Source of the DNA: Octopus vulgaris
Taxonomy: Eukaryota
DNA length: 64,000 nt
Direction of reading: 5' to 3'
Assembly: GCA_951406725.2 (NCBI GenBank)
Contig: OX597817.1
Span: 166,408,001 to 166,472,000, forward strand
In this document: positions 25,240 through 39,334 of the stretch, piece by piece
Numbering within the stretch: the stretch's first letter is position 1
How the letters are laid out: each line of letters opens with the position of its first letter
The notes under the pieces: model-generated
What the model was told of the DNA's origin: nothing
The model's input: only the letters and a program-made list of their open reading frames with translations
Database searches by the model: none
Position numbers and translations under genes: made by a program

Positions 25240-27275
25240 TCCTCTCACCACTACTTTTGGTAAAGAAGCGAGTTGGACGGAGCTGCTCTTATTTGTGCCT
25301 CCTGCTGTGATGTAGGCTCATCTGGGATTTCAGATAGAAATCTGTCCAGATTCTTTTTGAAGGTTTCCACATCTACACCTCCCAGATATCTGAGGTTTCT
25401 TGGTTGCAGATTAATCAGTTGTGGTTCCATGAAACCCAAGCTTTTGCAATACTGTCTCCTTCTCCGAATTGAAGAAGACGGTATCTTTGGTATTATGCAG
25501 TGCTCTCCAGTTCAGTGGCTGGTATAGCATTCAATTCCAAAGTTGGAAGCTAGACCTTCCAGGATCGTCCATATATATATATCACTTTCTTGAGTTCTTT
25601 CCAGGGAGTAGAACTTCAGTTCTTGTAGCCCCACCCCCGCCCCAGTATCTCATCTGTATCACCAAGTCAATCTTCTTTGTGTAGTGGTGGTAGATTACCT
25701 CAAGTTCCGCCACCAGTTTGACACTCTGTGGTGATCACAGTTGAGAGCATTAATCCAGACTATTAAGGACAAATGTTGTCTATAGGAGTAGCAAGATATC
25801 CTTATTTCTGGTTCTGAATGAACTAAAGATCCATCCAGCTACTTACCTGCACAGTACTTACCTGCCATCTTAGTAATATGCATATGGAATGTTGTATCAA
25901 TCATTACTCATGTGGATTCCCAGGTCACGCATCGATTCTAACTCTGGAATTGCACTGCGCCGTTGTCCTATGTATTCTAATTATAGTCTGTTTGTGGACC
26001 AATAGCAGACTATTTGAAACTTATCAGCGTTGAACAGCATGTTATTTTCATCAGCCCATTTGTATATTACATGCGGGTCATTTTGGAGTTTTACTATGTC
26101 ACCAGGATGCTTGACCGACTGAGATACTTAGGTATCATCAGCGTAGTTGGTAAGAGTGGCTAGCCCTAACCCTAATGACTAAGGGCATGTCCGAGAGAGC
26201 CACTACAAACAGTAGTAGTCCCAGTACAGTTCCCTGATGAACTCCGCTGCAGACTGATACCTCCCTAATGAAAGCACCATTGACTGCAACTGCCTGATTT
26301 CTGCTCTTTAAAAAGTTGTGCAGTCACTCCCCCAGTTTTCCAGTTATACCAAAGTCGCGTATTTTGTAACATATCATCCCATGACCGACTTTATCAAAGG
26401 CCTTGGCCAAGTCGAGATATATCACATCCACATTTGAGTGGCTGAGCTGCTGTTTCAGTACCCAATCACAATATTGTAGTTGCTGGGCGGAGACCATGTT
26501 GTGTATTTGAGAGTAAGCTATTCTCTTCCAGGAACATGAGCAGTCTCCTGCTGACAATGCGTTCCATGACCTTGCTAACATGTGAAGTCAGAGAGACAGG
26601 CCTGTAATTTCTAGCTTCTGCTCTGCTTCCTCCTTTATGGACAGGGCATACGATACCCTCGTTTAACAGTTTGGAAAGTTTTCCACATACAAGGAAACTT
26701 CTAGAAAAGTATCTGCAGTAATTTTGCGAGAGCTTTCTTGCACATTTGTACAAGATCTTTATATTTTTTCTCAAAAGGACTCTCTTGCCTCCTCAAGGAA
26801 TGATGTTTTTGTATGTGGTTGTTCTCTTCTCCGAGACAAGTTTAATGCAATTGGCTCGCATTATTGACATGAATTCTTTAATTTTTATACGAATGTTTTA
26901 GAGAGACTTTTAGCCCAATTTTACTGGATAATCCGCTTTTCAATTGACTGCCAGTCACCCTTGTAAAAGTTCAGACGAGACAGTTTGGGTGCCGTCTATG
27001 TAGAATACATCATTAACCAGTTTTCGACCATACATCGTTAGTTCTACCATGTTGTGGTCTGAGAAGATTTTCGGTTGTATCTTCACGTTGTGGAAGACCT
27101 ACATTGTTGGCGAAACAGAAGTCTAATGTGTTGTCATTCCTGGTTGGGGAGAGTATTGTTTGCTCCATGAACAACATTTTTGTGAGGTCAAGTAGAGATT
27201 CTGCCTGGTTATGCTCTTTGCATATTATTCCTGAAATTATGTGGCCTTCGGGCCATTTCATGTTGGGAAATCCTC
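25240..27275 (-). pseudogene. Decayed LINE ORF2 (APE endonuclease end plus reverse transcriptase), CR1/L2-group-like
   Basis: Motifs PTRNDNTLDFCF, YRPVSLTSHVSKVMERIV, DVIYLDLAKAFDKV, YADDT (near 26135-26146) and C-terminal FKKNLDRFLSEIPDEP. Many frameshifts and stops. Confidence 0.9.
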
Positions 27276-27489
27276 TCTTTCAGGTATCTCCACAAAAAAA
27301 AAAAAAAAAAATCCGGGCTAGTCATCGGGGGAACGTGAAGGCCAGCTGACATTGCCGTAGCGGGAAATTATTCTCTCCCCGAAGCACTGCCGCAGCAACT
27401 GTTTATCTTGCTCCATGAGAGTTGCCCCCCTTCATGCTGGAACTACGTGTGACGCCTACTTTGAACCGCCGGGCGCAAATAGGTCTCAG

Positions 27490-27827
27490 TCATGGATACC
27501 TGAAAGAGATGGTTTACATCAACAAACCGGAGACCCTGGTGCAACTGAAGGAGACTATCTATAAAGAAATCAGAGAAGTGGGGGCTGAAGCTCTTGAGGG
27601 TGTTATGGTGTAAGTTTTGGAAAGAGCACGAGGGTGCGAAGCTGAAAATGGTTGCCATTTAAGCGATGTCATTTGACATATGTGATGTAGTGGTGTTGCA
27701 AAATTTGACTTGTGTATATTCATTTCCATTATGTCCTTTATATTGTATCAAAATTTCATGCATTTATTTGTAAAATTAAGGAAGTTACGAAAAATTGAAA
27801 TCTATCAGTAACTTTTGCGACACTCTG
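27490..27827 (+). mobile_element. Tc1/mariner transposase 3' remnant with right TIR
   Basis: GYLKEMVYINKPETLVQLKETIYKEI...CEAENGCHLSDVI resembles a Tc1/mariner C-terminus. Ends TAACTTTTGCGACACTCTG-TA. Confidence 0.7.
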
Positions 27828-27883
27828 TATATATATGTGTGTGTGTGTATACACACATTGTATGATAGCATATATTATATATT

Positions 27884-27927
<44 letters not shown>

Positions 27928-28005
27928 TATGTATTGTATATATATATGTGTATATATGTATATAAATACATATATGTATAATATATATACATACATTATA
28001 TATTA

Positions 28006-28107
<102 letters not shown>

Positions 28108-28996
28108 TATATGTGTGTATATATATATATACGCACACTCACTCATAGACACACACACAATCACCCTAGTAAGCTGACAAGTAACATGTGGGTTGTAATT
28201 GTTGCTATTTCTCTTCTTTCTTCGTCAGAAAGGGTTTGTCTGGGAGATAACCTTTAACACACACCTCGAAAGAAACAAAAGAAAAATAAATAAACAAAAT
28301 CAGAAATGAAGCAAAAAAAAAATCCCCCAAAAAACGAAAACCCGAATCAATAGTATACAGGAAAAAATATACCATAAACGTGAAATAAAACAATACGGTG
28401 TTCATTTCCTTCTACAGCAACACTGCCCACTCTGCACCATCCATCGGTCCTCCCCCATTTGCCCCTAAGTTAATGGCAGTTCAATTAAAATCTTAAAAAA
28501 CACTGTTAGTTCGAATAAATTACACCACTTCTCACTGACGTTAGTAAGACAAAGAGAGAGGGAAAGGGAGAGGAAAGGAGATAGAGAGAGGGTCGACAGT
28601 GAGAGGGTGAGGGCATGATTGTGTATATGTTTTGTTGTATGTAAAGATAGGGCTTCATAATGAATGGGTTACTTGTGTTCTGTCTCTCTCTCTCTCTGGT
28701 TTGATTCAGCTACATATCACCTCACCCGGCTCTCATCTTATCCAATATCCATACATTTACATCCCAAAACAGCAAGCAAGCGCCGTCATTCTCCGTTCTT
28801 TCCTTTCTTTCTTATTTCGATGTTTCCACTGTTTTAGTGTTTTGTTTCAACGTTTTAATCTTGTAGTTTTTTTTCTAGTGTGTATCTTTTTTGTTGTTTT
28901 TTGTTTTTTTGTTTTTTTGTTCATTTTTTGTTAAACTTTTCTGTGTTTTTTCTTTGTCTTCCGCACCGTCCTGCCCCGCCAGTCTAGCTGACTCAC

Positions 28997-29020
28997 CTCT
29001 GATCTCCCGAACAGTCCTCC
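28997..29020 (-). CDS. Candidate 24-nt microexon of an unidentified host gene
   Basis: Minus strand: ttcctttgttgcgttatgtacctttatcag|GGAGGACTGTTCGGGAGATCAGAG|gtgagt. Length is a multiple of 3 and all phases are open. Confidence 0.45.
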
Positions 29021-29069
29021 CTGATAAAGGTACATAACGCAACAAAGGAACAATGCATATCTCACACGC

Positions 29070-29136
<67 letters not shown>

Positions 29137-29227
29137 CCACCATGATCTCATTAACTCCGTCATAGACGTAAAAATGCTCTCTCTGTGTCTGTTTATATTA
29201 TTATATTATGAACACAGAAAACATACG

Positions 29228-29273
<46 letters not shown>

Positions 29274-29275
<2 letters not shown>

Positions 29276-29580
29276 TTAGTTGTTAGAGTAGTCGACTCGC
29301 AATCGTAGGGTCGTGAGTTCAACTCCCGTCGGTGCCTTATGTCCTTGAGCAAGTCTCTTTATTTCACATGGCTCCAATCCATTCAGCTGGAAAAAATCAG
29401 CAGTATTTGTATTTCAAAGGGCAAGTCTTAGCACATTCTGTGTCACGCTGAATCACCCTGAGAACTACGTTAGAGGTACACGCGTCTGTGGAATACTCAG
29501 CCACTTGCACGTTAATTTCAAGAGCTCACTGTTCCGTTGCTCTGATGAACTGCAATCCTTGTCTTCGTAACCGATGGTGG

Positions 29581-29583
<3 letters not shown>
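29274..29583 (+). mobile_element. SINE family C-related copy
   Basis: tRNA-like head (GAGTTCAACTCCC), GTCCTTGAGCAAG, and body GTATTTCAAAGGG...GTGGAATACTCAGCCACTTGCACGTTAATTTC shared with 45368. Confidence 0.8.
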
Positions 29584-29657
<74 letters not shown>

Positions 29658-29710
29658 GTATGTATATATACGAAAGAAGGTTTGAAAATGCAATTTTAAA
29701 AAATGTTTAT

Positions 29711-29755
29711 TTACTTTACCGGTTTCACTCTTTGGAAAAAGGTTGTCAAAAGTAA
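29711..29755 (-). ncRNA. Minimal hammerhead variant (U3-A8 core)
   Basis: Minus strand: TTACTT-TTGACAA-C CTTTT TCCA AAGAG T-GAAA-CCG-GTA-AAGTAA. Perfect 6-bp stem I and palindromic ACCGGT stem III. Confidence 0.55.
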
Positions 29756-30193
29756 CATGTAGAAGTTTGGTTGCGTTAATTATTGGTTGTTACAAATTGC
29801 TACATTACATATATACAGTCTTTGGTAACAGGGACATGTTAAGGACATAAAAAGTTCAACAAGTTCCTTAAAATATTGGGCACAAAAGATTACTATACAT
29901 AAATAATCGTTCTCAAGGACATGCTTAAGATGGTTTCCAGAAGGAATTGATATTGGTATTGGTATTGTATCTGTATATTCAAACACGCACAGAATATTGG
30001 TTGACACAGAGTACTACAATACATATAAATATACATTCTTTGGTGACAAGAGCATGTTGAGAATATAAAAAAGTTTAACAAGCTCATTGAAATAATGGGC
30101 ACAAAAGATTACAACAAATATATTATACATTCTCAAGATAATTTCCAGAAGGAATTATTAAAAAAGTTCAGTATACACGTACAGAATATTATG

Positions 30194-30264
<71 letters not shown>

Positions 30265-30433
30265 CATATATATGTATATATATGTATGTACATATATGTA
30301 TCTATATAAATGTATGTATGTATAGATATATATATATGTATATATATATGTGCATAGATATATAATATATGTATATATAATATATATATAATATATATAT
30401 ATAATATATATATATAATATATATATAATATAT

Positions 30434-30516
<83 letters not shown>

Positions 30517-30551
30517 ATGTATATATGTATATGTATATATGTATATAGTAT

Positions 30552-30923
<372 letters not shown>

Positions 30924-31665
30924 ATATTGACTGCTCTGCTTCTTAGAGTGTTCTTCTCCGGATTTATATTTTTCTAAAAAAAAAAAAAGCGATATGTGTG
31001 TGTGAGTGTATCACAGGTCGAATGCAAATACCAGCTTGGTGCCTGGTACAAATGAGACCACCAAAATCTGCAATATGATAGGGGTTCAAAAGAGTAACCA
31101 TACAGCATCGTCTGTTGCACGAAGGCACACGTTCGGATCTTAGGTAGAGAATTCCGTTTGAAAAATATATTGCGGTCTCCTCTCAACGCTGTTATAACCA
31201 GCAATATACCTGGAACTTCCAGGAAAACGTAGGGTGGAATCAGAAAGGTGAGTGTCTCTAAACCCTGAGTTGGATTTCCCGAAACTGTAGACATGACAGA
31301 CGTTCTGCCATTGGACCAAAGCAATCCCTCAAATTTGTCTATCCACTTTAGAAAATATATTCTAGCGAATTCTAAAGAATTGTATGTTGTTAACGTCTTA
31401 CGTATTTATAAACTTTCAACAGAACGTAAAATAATTATTTTTTGAATATGTCGGAAGCACATACATAAAGCTTATAAACTTGCGTGTGCTTCGAGATCCA
31501 TTCCGAAGATCAATTATGTATTTCTATATGAATGCTTGCATAAACTTCGGCTGAAAGCGCCAACATTTCACGTGGATACATATAAACAGATATGTACCAC
31601 TACTTAGGGTCCCACCATAGTTACAACCAGGAACAAACACACACGCACATCACATATTTATACAT

Positions 31666-31722
<57 letters not shown>

Positions 31723-32043
31723 CATATATACACACATTCATACGTACACATTCATATATAAATGCATCCACACATACATATTTGTTAATTACCATCTAAA
31801 ATGGTAATTCCATTTTGAATAAGTAAAAGAGGGCGTCCTAGGTCTAGAATCCTAGCGTGCTATACCATTTAAAAGCACTTGATTGAGTGTCTACTAATTT
31901 GTCCCACATTACTATTTAGTTCGGCTTAAACATGTAAACATAAACAGCCTCAGTCATATAAACACACATACAATTATTTCACATATATATATATATATAC
32001 ATATATATGTATGTATATATATATACATGTATATATGTATATA

Positions 32044-32093
<50 letters not shown>

Positions 32094-32108
32094 AATAATA
32101 CACACACA

Positions 32109-32157
<49 letters not shown>

Positions 32158-32852
32158 TTGTTTTGATGATGTGTATATGTATTTTGTTGCTGCTATGGGA
32201 GTTATTTGTAGTGGCGGAGAAGATAAGTGGAAATAATCCTTAAGTGGTGCTATATTATTACCAATATTTATTTATATATTTATGTATTTATTTATTTATT
32301 TTGTCTTCGTGTTTTTTTTTCTTTCTATTCTCCCATTCTTTATTGTATGTAGAATGCTTCACAGCACACGCATTTATTATAAGACACATATGTGTATATG
32401 TATGTATGCATACACGAATTAACATTGTTCGCAATTATCATACTAGGGAGATATCTACGAAATCTGGAGTTTCTGTCGTGGTCGTAAGTGCTCCGGAACT
32501 AATGACTGCCGGTGTCGATCTCAAAGTCCTAAACATTTACGTTCAAATCCTAATACCAGTCAATAGATTTCTATTATAAATTTCCAGATCTATTAAGACG
32601 TTTTCACGAGTATAGTGTCCCAGAATATCTCACTGGTTTAAGCTTACATATAGCATGTACTACTTTGAAAAAGTGCAGTGTGGACGAATTGCGAAGACGT
32701 TTGTTTTGTAGTCACGACGTTCCGGGCTTGATTCTTAAGTGAATGTCATATTCTCTAGCATTGATTCTTCCCTTACCTTATGAGAAAAACTGAGCAGACG
32801 GAACTGTATAGAAACCTATCAGGTGGATTGATTGAATCTATAATCTAGATGT

Positions 32853-33268
32853 TTATTTCTTTATTGCCCACAAGGGGCTAAACATAGAGGAGACAAGCAA
32901 GGACAGACAAACGGATTAAGTCGATTACGTCGACTCCAGTGATTAACTGGTACTTATTTAATAGACCGCGAAAGGATGAAAGGCAAAGCTGACCTCGGCG
33001 GAATTTGAACTCAGAACGTAACGGCAGACGAAATACCTATTTCTTTACTACCCACAAGGGGCTAAACACAGAGAGGACAAACAAGGACAGACAAACGGAT
33101 TAAGTCGATTACACCGACCCCAGTGCGTAACTGGTACTTATTTAATCGATCCCAAAGGGTGAGAGGTAAAGTCGACCTCGGCGGAATTTGAACTCAGAAA
33201 GTAACGGCAGACGAAATACCACTAGGCATTTCGCCCGGCGTGCTAACGTTTCTGCCAGCTCGCCGCCT
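32853..33268 (-). mobile_element. SINE family A dimer
   Basis: Same structure as 19669-20085. Confidence 0.9.
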
Positions 33269-33682
33269 TTAAATGTATAATTTAAATGTTGTCATATGCT
33301 GCATCACGTCTAAGTTAGGATACGCATGTTTGGGGACTGCTTAGCCACCTACGCGTTTAATTTAATCATTTCTATTATAAACACAAGGCCTGAAATTTTG
33401 CGGGGAGAGAAACGGATGAGGTCAACTTTGCCTTTCATCCTTTCAGGTTTGATAAAATATGTATCAGTTGAGCACTGGGGGGTCGATGTAATCGATTAGA
33501 AGCCTCTCTCGAAATTGTTGCCTTGCGCCACAATCTGCAATTAAAAATTGACTCCTCTATTTACGCTCCTAATTGTTATATTATCTGCACTTAATTTGTC
33601 ATTAGTATTGTCCTCTATTTTGTGATATACCCATTATATTTACGTACTTGATCAACACATAATTATATTTTACACGATTAAT

Positions 33683-33736
<54 letters not shown>

Positions 33737-33917
33737 TATAATTTAGGGTATCGAAGAGATACCACCACGCTGGAGATACTTGACTCTAAAACAACATTAA
33801 ATGTTCATACAGCACCAGGAGAGAAGACAAGAGAAAAAATAAACTAGCAAAAAAAAATTACTGGATAATTCCAGATAATTCCAGAAAAGAGTAGAAAAGA
33901 ATATTCAGGCATACTAA

Positions 33918-34625
33918 GGCGGTGAGCTGGCAGAAATGTTAGCACGCCGGGCGAAATGCTCAGCAGCATTTCGTCTGTCTTTACGTTCTGAGTTCAAATC
34001 CCGCCGAGGTTGACTTTGCATTTCATCCTTTCGGGGTCGATAAATTAAGTACCAGTTGCGTACTGTGGTCAATCTAATCGACTGGCCACCTCCCCACAAA
34101 TTTTGGGCCTTGTGCCTAGTGCAGAAAAGAATATTTAATTATACTGATTAAAAAAAGAGAGAAATTAATTAGTACCTTAGGCATTGCTATTATGTCAGTG
34201 GCGAATGCGGCGAGTTGGCAGAATCGTTAGCAGGCCAGGCGAAAAGCTTAGCGGTGTTTGGTCGGTCTTCACGACTTGAATCCAAATTCTGTCAAGGTCG
34301 ACTAAGTACTAGTTAAGTACTGAGGTCGATGTAATCGACTATTACCTCTCGCGAATTTCAGTCTTTGTGCTAATAGGAGAACAAATTATTTAGTCAGTGA
34401 TGTAAGGCAGCGAGATGGCAGAATTTTTAGCGTACCGGGTAGAATTTTTAGCGGCATTTCGTACGTCTTCACGTTCTAAGTTCAAATTCCGTCGAAGTCG
34501 ACTTTATCTTTCATCCTCACCGGGTCGATGAAATAATACCAGTTGAGCAGTGGCGTCGATGTAATCTACTTAGCCGCCCCGCCCCCGAAATTACTGGTCT
34601 AGTGCCAAAAATTGAAACCGTTATT
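33918..34625 (+). mobile_element. Array of three SINE family A monomers
   Basis: Heads near 33918, 34207 and 34406. Confidence 0.8.
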
Positions 34626-34947
34626 ATATTAGTGACCAAGCTTCGAGAAATTGTTTGAAAGCATAGAGCATTCATAATGATTTCTGATTTAGATGTATGG
34701 TCAGTAGTTTTGAGGACAGGGGCGAAGACGAATACATCGACCGTAGTACTTAACTGGTACCTTACTTTGTCGACATCGAAAAGTTAAACGGTCAAGTCGA
34801 CCTCGGCGCAATTTCAATTCAGAACCACCAAGTGAGTTGCAAGAAATTCCGCAAAGCGTTTTGTCCGACGCCTTAGCTAATCTACAAACACACTGCTTTG
34901 GTTTTTAGCACATAAAATCCTGTGAAGACAAAACAAAAAAGTGGATA

Positions 34948-35347
34948 TCTTTATATATAAAAGTGAAGTTGTGTGTCTGTCTCCTACGATTTAGATTCCT
35001 AACTACTCCCACATTTTGCTGTGCAGTTTAACCCAAACCGGATATCTTATAGTCGTGATTCATATCGAGCCCTTCTGTGTATTAGCGCGCGTCTACGATG
35101 AGTCTACGATTTAAAAAAAAATTTGCCATCATTTTTTTTCCATTTTAATGCATTTTTTCGCTATTATATAAGGGAAGTAACTCTCTAAAAATGTCTACGA
35201 TGAGTCAACGATTTAAAAAAAAATTTACCATCATTTTATTTTCCATTTTTAATGCATGTTTTTGCTATTTTTTGGCTATAACTCTCTAAAAATGCTTATG
35301 TAGTTATTTCCCTTACAAACCCGAACAACGCCGGGCGATACTGCTAG
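34948..35347 (+). mobile_element. Non-autonomous Helitron-like element, immediately followed by a second Helitron-like 5' end at 35348
   Basis: A|TCTTTATATATAAAAG...GTGTGTCTGT. 3' hairpin CCCG-AACAACGC-CGGG then ATACTGCTAG. The next bases are TCTCTTATATAAAATCCGTTCTGTCTGTCTG. Confidence 0.75.
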
Positions 35348-37199
35348 TCTCTTATATAAAATCCGTTCTGTCTGTCTGTGTGTCTTCTCGGATCTCGGCC
35401 ATCCTCCATCCGATTGCGCTCAAATTTGATATGTAGATACTGGTGGTATCAGGGAGTGTATAAGTCGACTTCAGGTAAGAATGCGATCGATAAAACCGTT
35501 TTTGTCCTGTTTTTCTTCCGTCAACCTGTACATAACTGCACCTTCCATTTGTTGTTTTTGTACTGCTCAAAGGCACGTTTCTTTCCTGCGAAGCTTACTA
35601 TTTAAACCATGTTTGTGTTCTCCCAGTCAACAGCCTTATCATTACTGGTACTTTAAACTCTTCAGTTGCATATTTGTGTGAATAAAATCGTTTTTCTTTG
35701 GAATAGAAAAAAGTCTATCTTTATTTCTTCTTTTGCTGGTGTCTCAAATTTAGGTTAAATCAGTGTTTCTCAAAGGGGAGGCCTATGGGACGGTCGGACA
35801 AGTTGTTTTGAGAAAATTTGTTTTAAATGTTTGACAACTCAGCACTGTCGATTGGACGTGGGGGTGGGGGGGCGTTTTGCTCGTAACCTTATATGTGCGT
35901 CCTTTTAAAATCTTGTCCATAATTCTATCCTGGTGTAATTGTTTAAGGACTAACGAGTGAAAAACGGTAAAGTAGTATTACATTTACTTGGATATAATTG
36001 GCATAAATATCTCTGGGTCGTCAAGTCAATTTGCAGTTACTTGGTTTCGGGTTCGATCCCACTGCGCGTCACCTTGGGTAAATGTACACTGGAAGGTTTT
36101 ACTTTATAAACACACCTTTGTGAGATTTAAAACACTACTGGATCCTCGGATACCTTTAGTAGTCTTTTGTAAGTATTTGAACCAAGCTTCTGGCTTGAGA
36201 ATTCCATTCGCCATAGTCAAAACTTTGTAGTTTCACTAATTTCTAGATTATCAGGGATTGGTGGACCATAAGCCAATAAATATTAATTAAGCACCAAATG
36301 TAATAAAAATAAAAATAAAAGTTTCTAATTTAGGTACGAGGCCAGCAATTTTGAGGAGAAGAGATTGGTTTCTTACAACGACTCCAATACTTGGCCTGTA
36401 TTTTATCGACCATGAAAGGGTAAAATATAAAGTCGACATTGGTGAGGATATGATCTCACGGCGTAAAGGACAAGAATGTAACAAAATAAACTTCTTTTCA
36501 TTGTTTTGTTATGAAGGGAGTTTTCGTGAAAAATGGCCGTAAATGATCTATATGGATATACAACCTTTTTACTCACTACCAAAGATCACAAAATGACTTC
36601 ATCCTGTAGTGAATGCTACGAAAAGGTTTTAAGACGCGTTGTTCAGAGCAGAAATACAAACTATTACATACATAAGATTAAAAATGGTTCAATGATTTTC
36701 TATCTAGATGAATTGGAGAGGTTATAAATAAAAGAAAGGCAACAAAAGCAGGCCAAGGAAACTATTATACCTAGGGTTTCAACAGTCGCAAATCGGAAAA
36801 CGTCGGAAAAGATTCACGATTTAAAAGGCTGAGTAAGATGCTGAAGAAACCCTTCTCCCAGTCATGAGCAGAATCGCTACAACCTTACCGTAATCTACAG
36901 ACTCTTGTGCATTTAATGGAAGAATGAAAGTGACACGGCGTTTGAGAAGATATCTACCTTGATCTACATGTAAAACGGTGGTGAAGCGTGGAGTCTGTGA
37001 GGTGAGCGTACGGCACAAGACAGCCACGTTTGACACATCTCTTGTAGAAGATATGCTACGTTTAAAGAAGGGGGCGACTAATTTGGCTACCGCATTGACA
37101 ATTGACAAGTCCCTTAACTCTTTGGGGGTCGTTGGGGCGCTGCTGCCATGCAGCGTATCTAGAGCTTGAAAGCCTAGTGGAGCTCATTTCTCTCCAGAC

Positions 37200-37489
37200 T
37201 GAGCTCATTTCTACAGCTGAGTGAACTGGAGCAACATGAAATGATGTGTTTTGCTCAAGAACCCAACGCTTTGCCCGGTCCAGGAATCGAAACCAGAATC
37301 TTACGGTCGTGAATCCAACACCCTAAACACTAAGCGACGCACCTCCACCTGTGGTGCTCATTTCTACTGGTGCAACGTGAAATAAAGTGTTGTGCTCAAG
37401 AACACAACGCATCGCCCTGTTCAGGAATCGAAACTACAATCTTGCGATCGCGAGTCCAACACCCTAACCACTAAGTCACGCACCTCCAC
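37200..37489 (-). mobile_element. Two tandem SINE family C-related 5' halves
   Basis: GCAAC(A/G)TGAAAT...GCTCAAGAAC...CAGGAATCGAAAC...CACCTCCAC occurs twice. Confidence 0.8.
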
Positions 37490-38373
37490 CCACGTTGCGC
37501 CACTGACGTAGAATCGATCCCTAGTTTCCATGCAATTTTGATCAAATCAGCCACACCCATAGGAACTGAGTCCATTTGAATCAATAGATATTTGTCCAAG
37601 GTACTGCATTGTGGGATCCAAACAGTACCCTCATCAGAGCCTCTTTATATTTTCTCTTCATTTTATCCGACGGAACCTTACTTTATGTTAACTATTGACT
37701 AGGATATATGATGCAAATTTGAGACGCCTTTTGTAGAGAACTGTGTCAGGAAAGCCTGAGTTACTAGTACGAGATTTGATTTGTACATCTGAGAAAGCGT
37801 ACACATGACAGCAAGTGTATCAGGAATTTTGAAGAGATTTGATAAGGTAAGTAATAATTGAAAACTGGGTTGCAGAGTCGGTCTGAGGCTAGCCATAATT
37901 TTAAAAAAAACCTCTATGCGCCACCCTTACACACACACACACACGCGTGCGCGCAAACATACATATCACATATGAACATACACATAAACATACAAAAGCA
38001 TATTAACACATACATATGCATGACGCCTTTTTTTTTGTGTGTGAGGAAGACACAAAAAAGCACAGACACACAAACACACACACACACACATACACACACA
38101 CACTCATTCATTCACACAGGCACGCACAAACACACACACACACACATAGCGCGTACGCATACTCACACATGCAGTATTTCCCTCCCACGCAATTAATCAG
38201 TTGTAATATTTTCTTCCCCTTAGACTTGAAGGAAGTAGAAAAAAAACTTCACGAAAGAAATGATTAAAACAAAAATATAAACATGAAATAAAGCAAAGAA
38301 AAATACAGAAATAATAAAATAAGAAAGGAAAAAATATTCGTGGAAAACAAGAGTTAAGTAGATATACTGTTAA

Positions 38374-38513
<140 letters not shown>

Positions 38514-38656
38514 GTATATATATGTATAAATAGATACATATATTTACATGTATGTATACATGTTACATACATACATGTATATGTATATATACATACATAT
38601 ATATATATATATATATGTCTGTGTGTGTGTGTATGTGTGTATACATATATATATAC

Positions 38657-38722
<66 letters not shown>

Positions 38723-39226
38723 GTATGTATGTATGTATGTGTGTGTGTATGTATTTATATAGGACAAGAAAAATGGAAGAAGTACAAAAAACAAAGAGCT
38801 CTTTCACACCCACATAAATATTTCTACCCTCAACTTGTTCCTGCAACCCCGCTCCTTATAATCAACCTCCTTAAACAGGTATTTTGGGAAGGGCAATAGG
38901 GAGCGCGCGAATGGGGCTACAGTTGCGGGAGGAGCGTCATCGCCATCGCCGTCTTGTGTTGGGATATATTGTATTGCTAAGCTATATTAATGCGTGTATG
39001 AACACACACACACATATACATGTAAGTAAATGTATATATGCATATATATATATATATATATAGATATATATATACATATATATATATATATGTATATAGA
39101 TAGATACATATATACATACATACATACATACATACATACATACATACATACATACATACATACATAATATGTCAAGAAATAACTATTGTTTCTTTCAAAA
39201 GAGACAAAGATTTAATAGGACTGCAA

Positions 39227-39293
<67 letters not shown>

Positions 39294-39297
39294 TGCA

Positions 39298-39334
<37 letters not shown>

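Noticed and set aside
30995-31330. Possible exon (AAG|gtgagt near 31247) or Penelope RT remnant (GICI-like motif)
   Set aside because: The plus-strand frames I checked are interrupted by stops, and the RT similarity is too short to support by eye.
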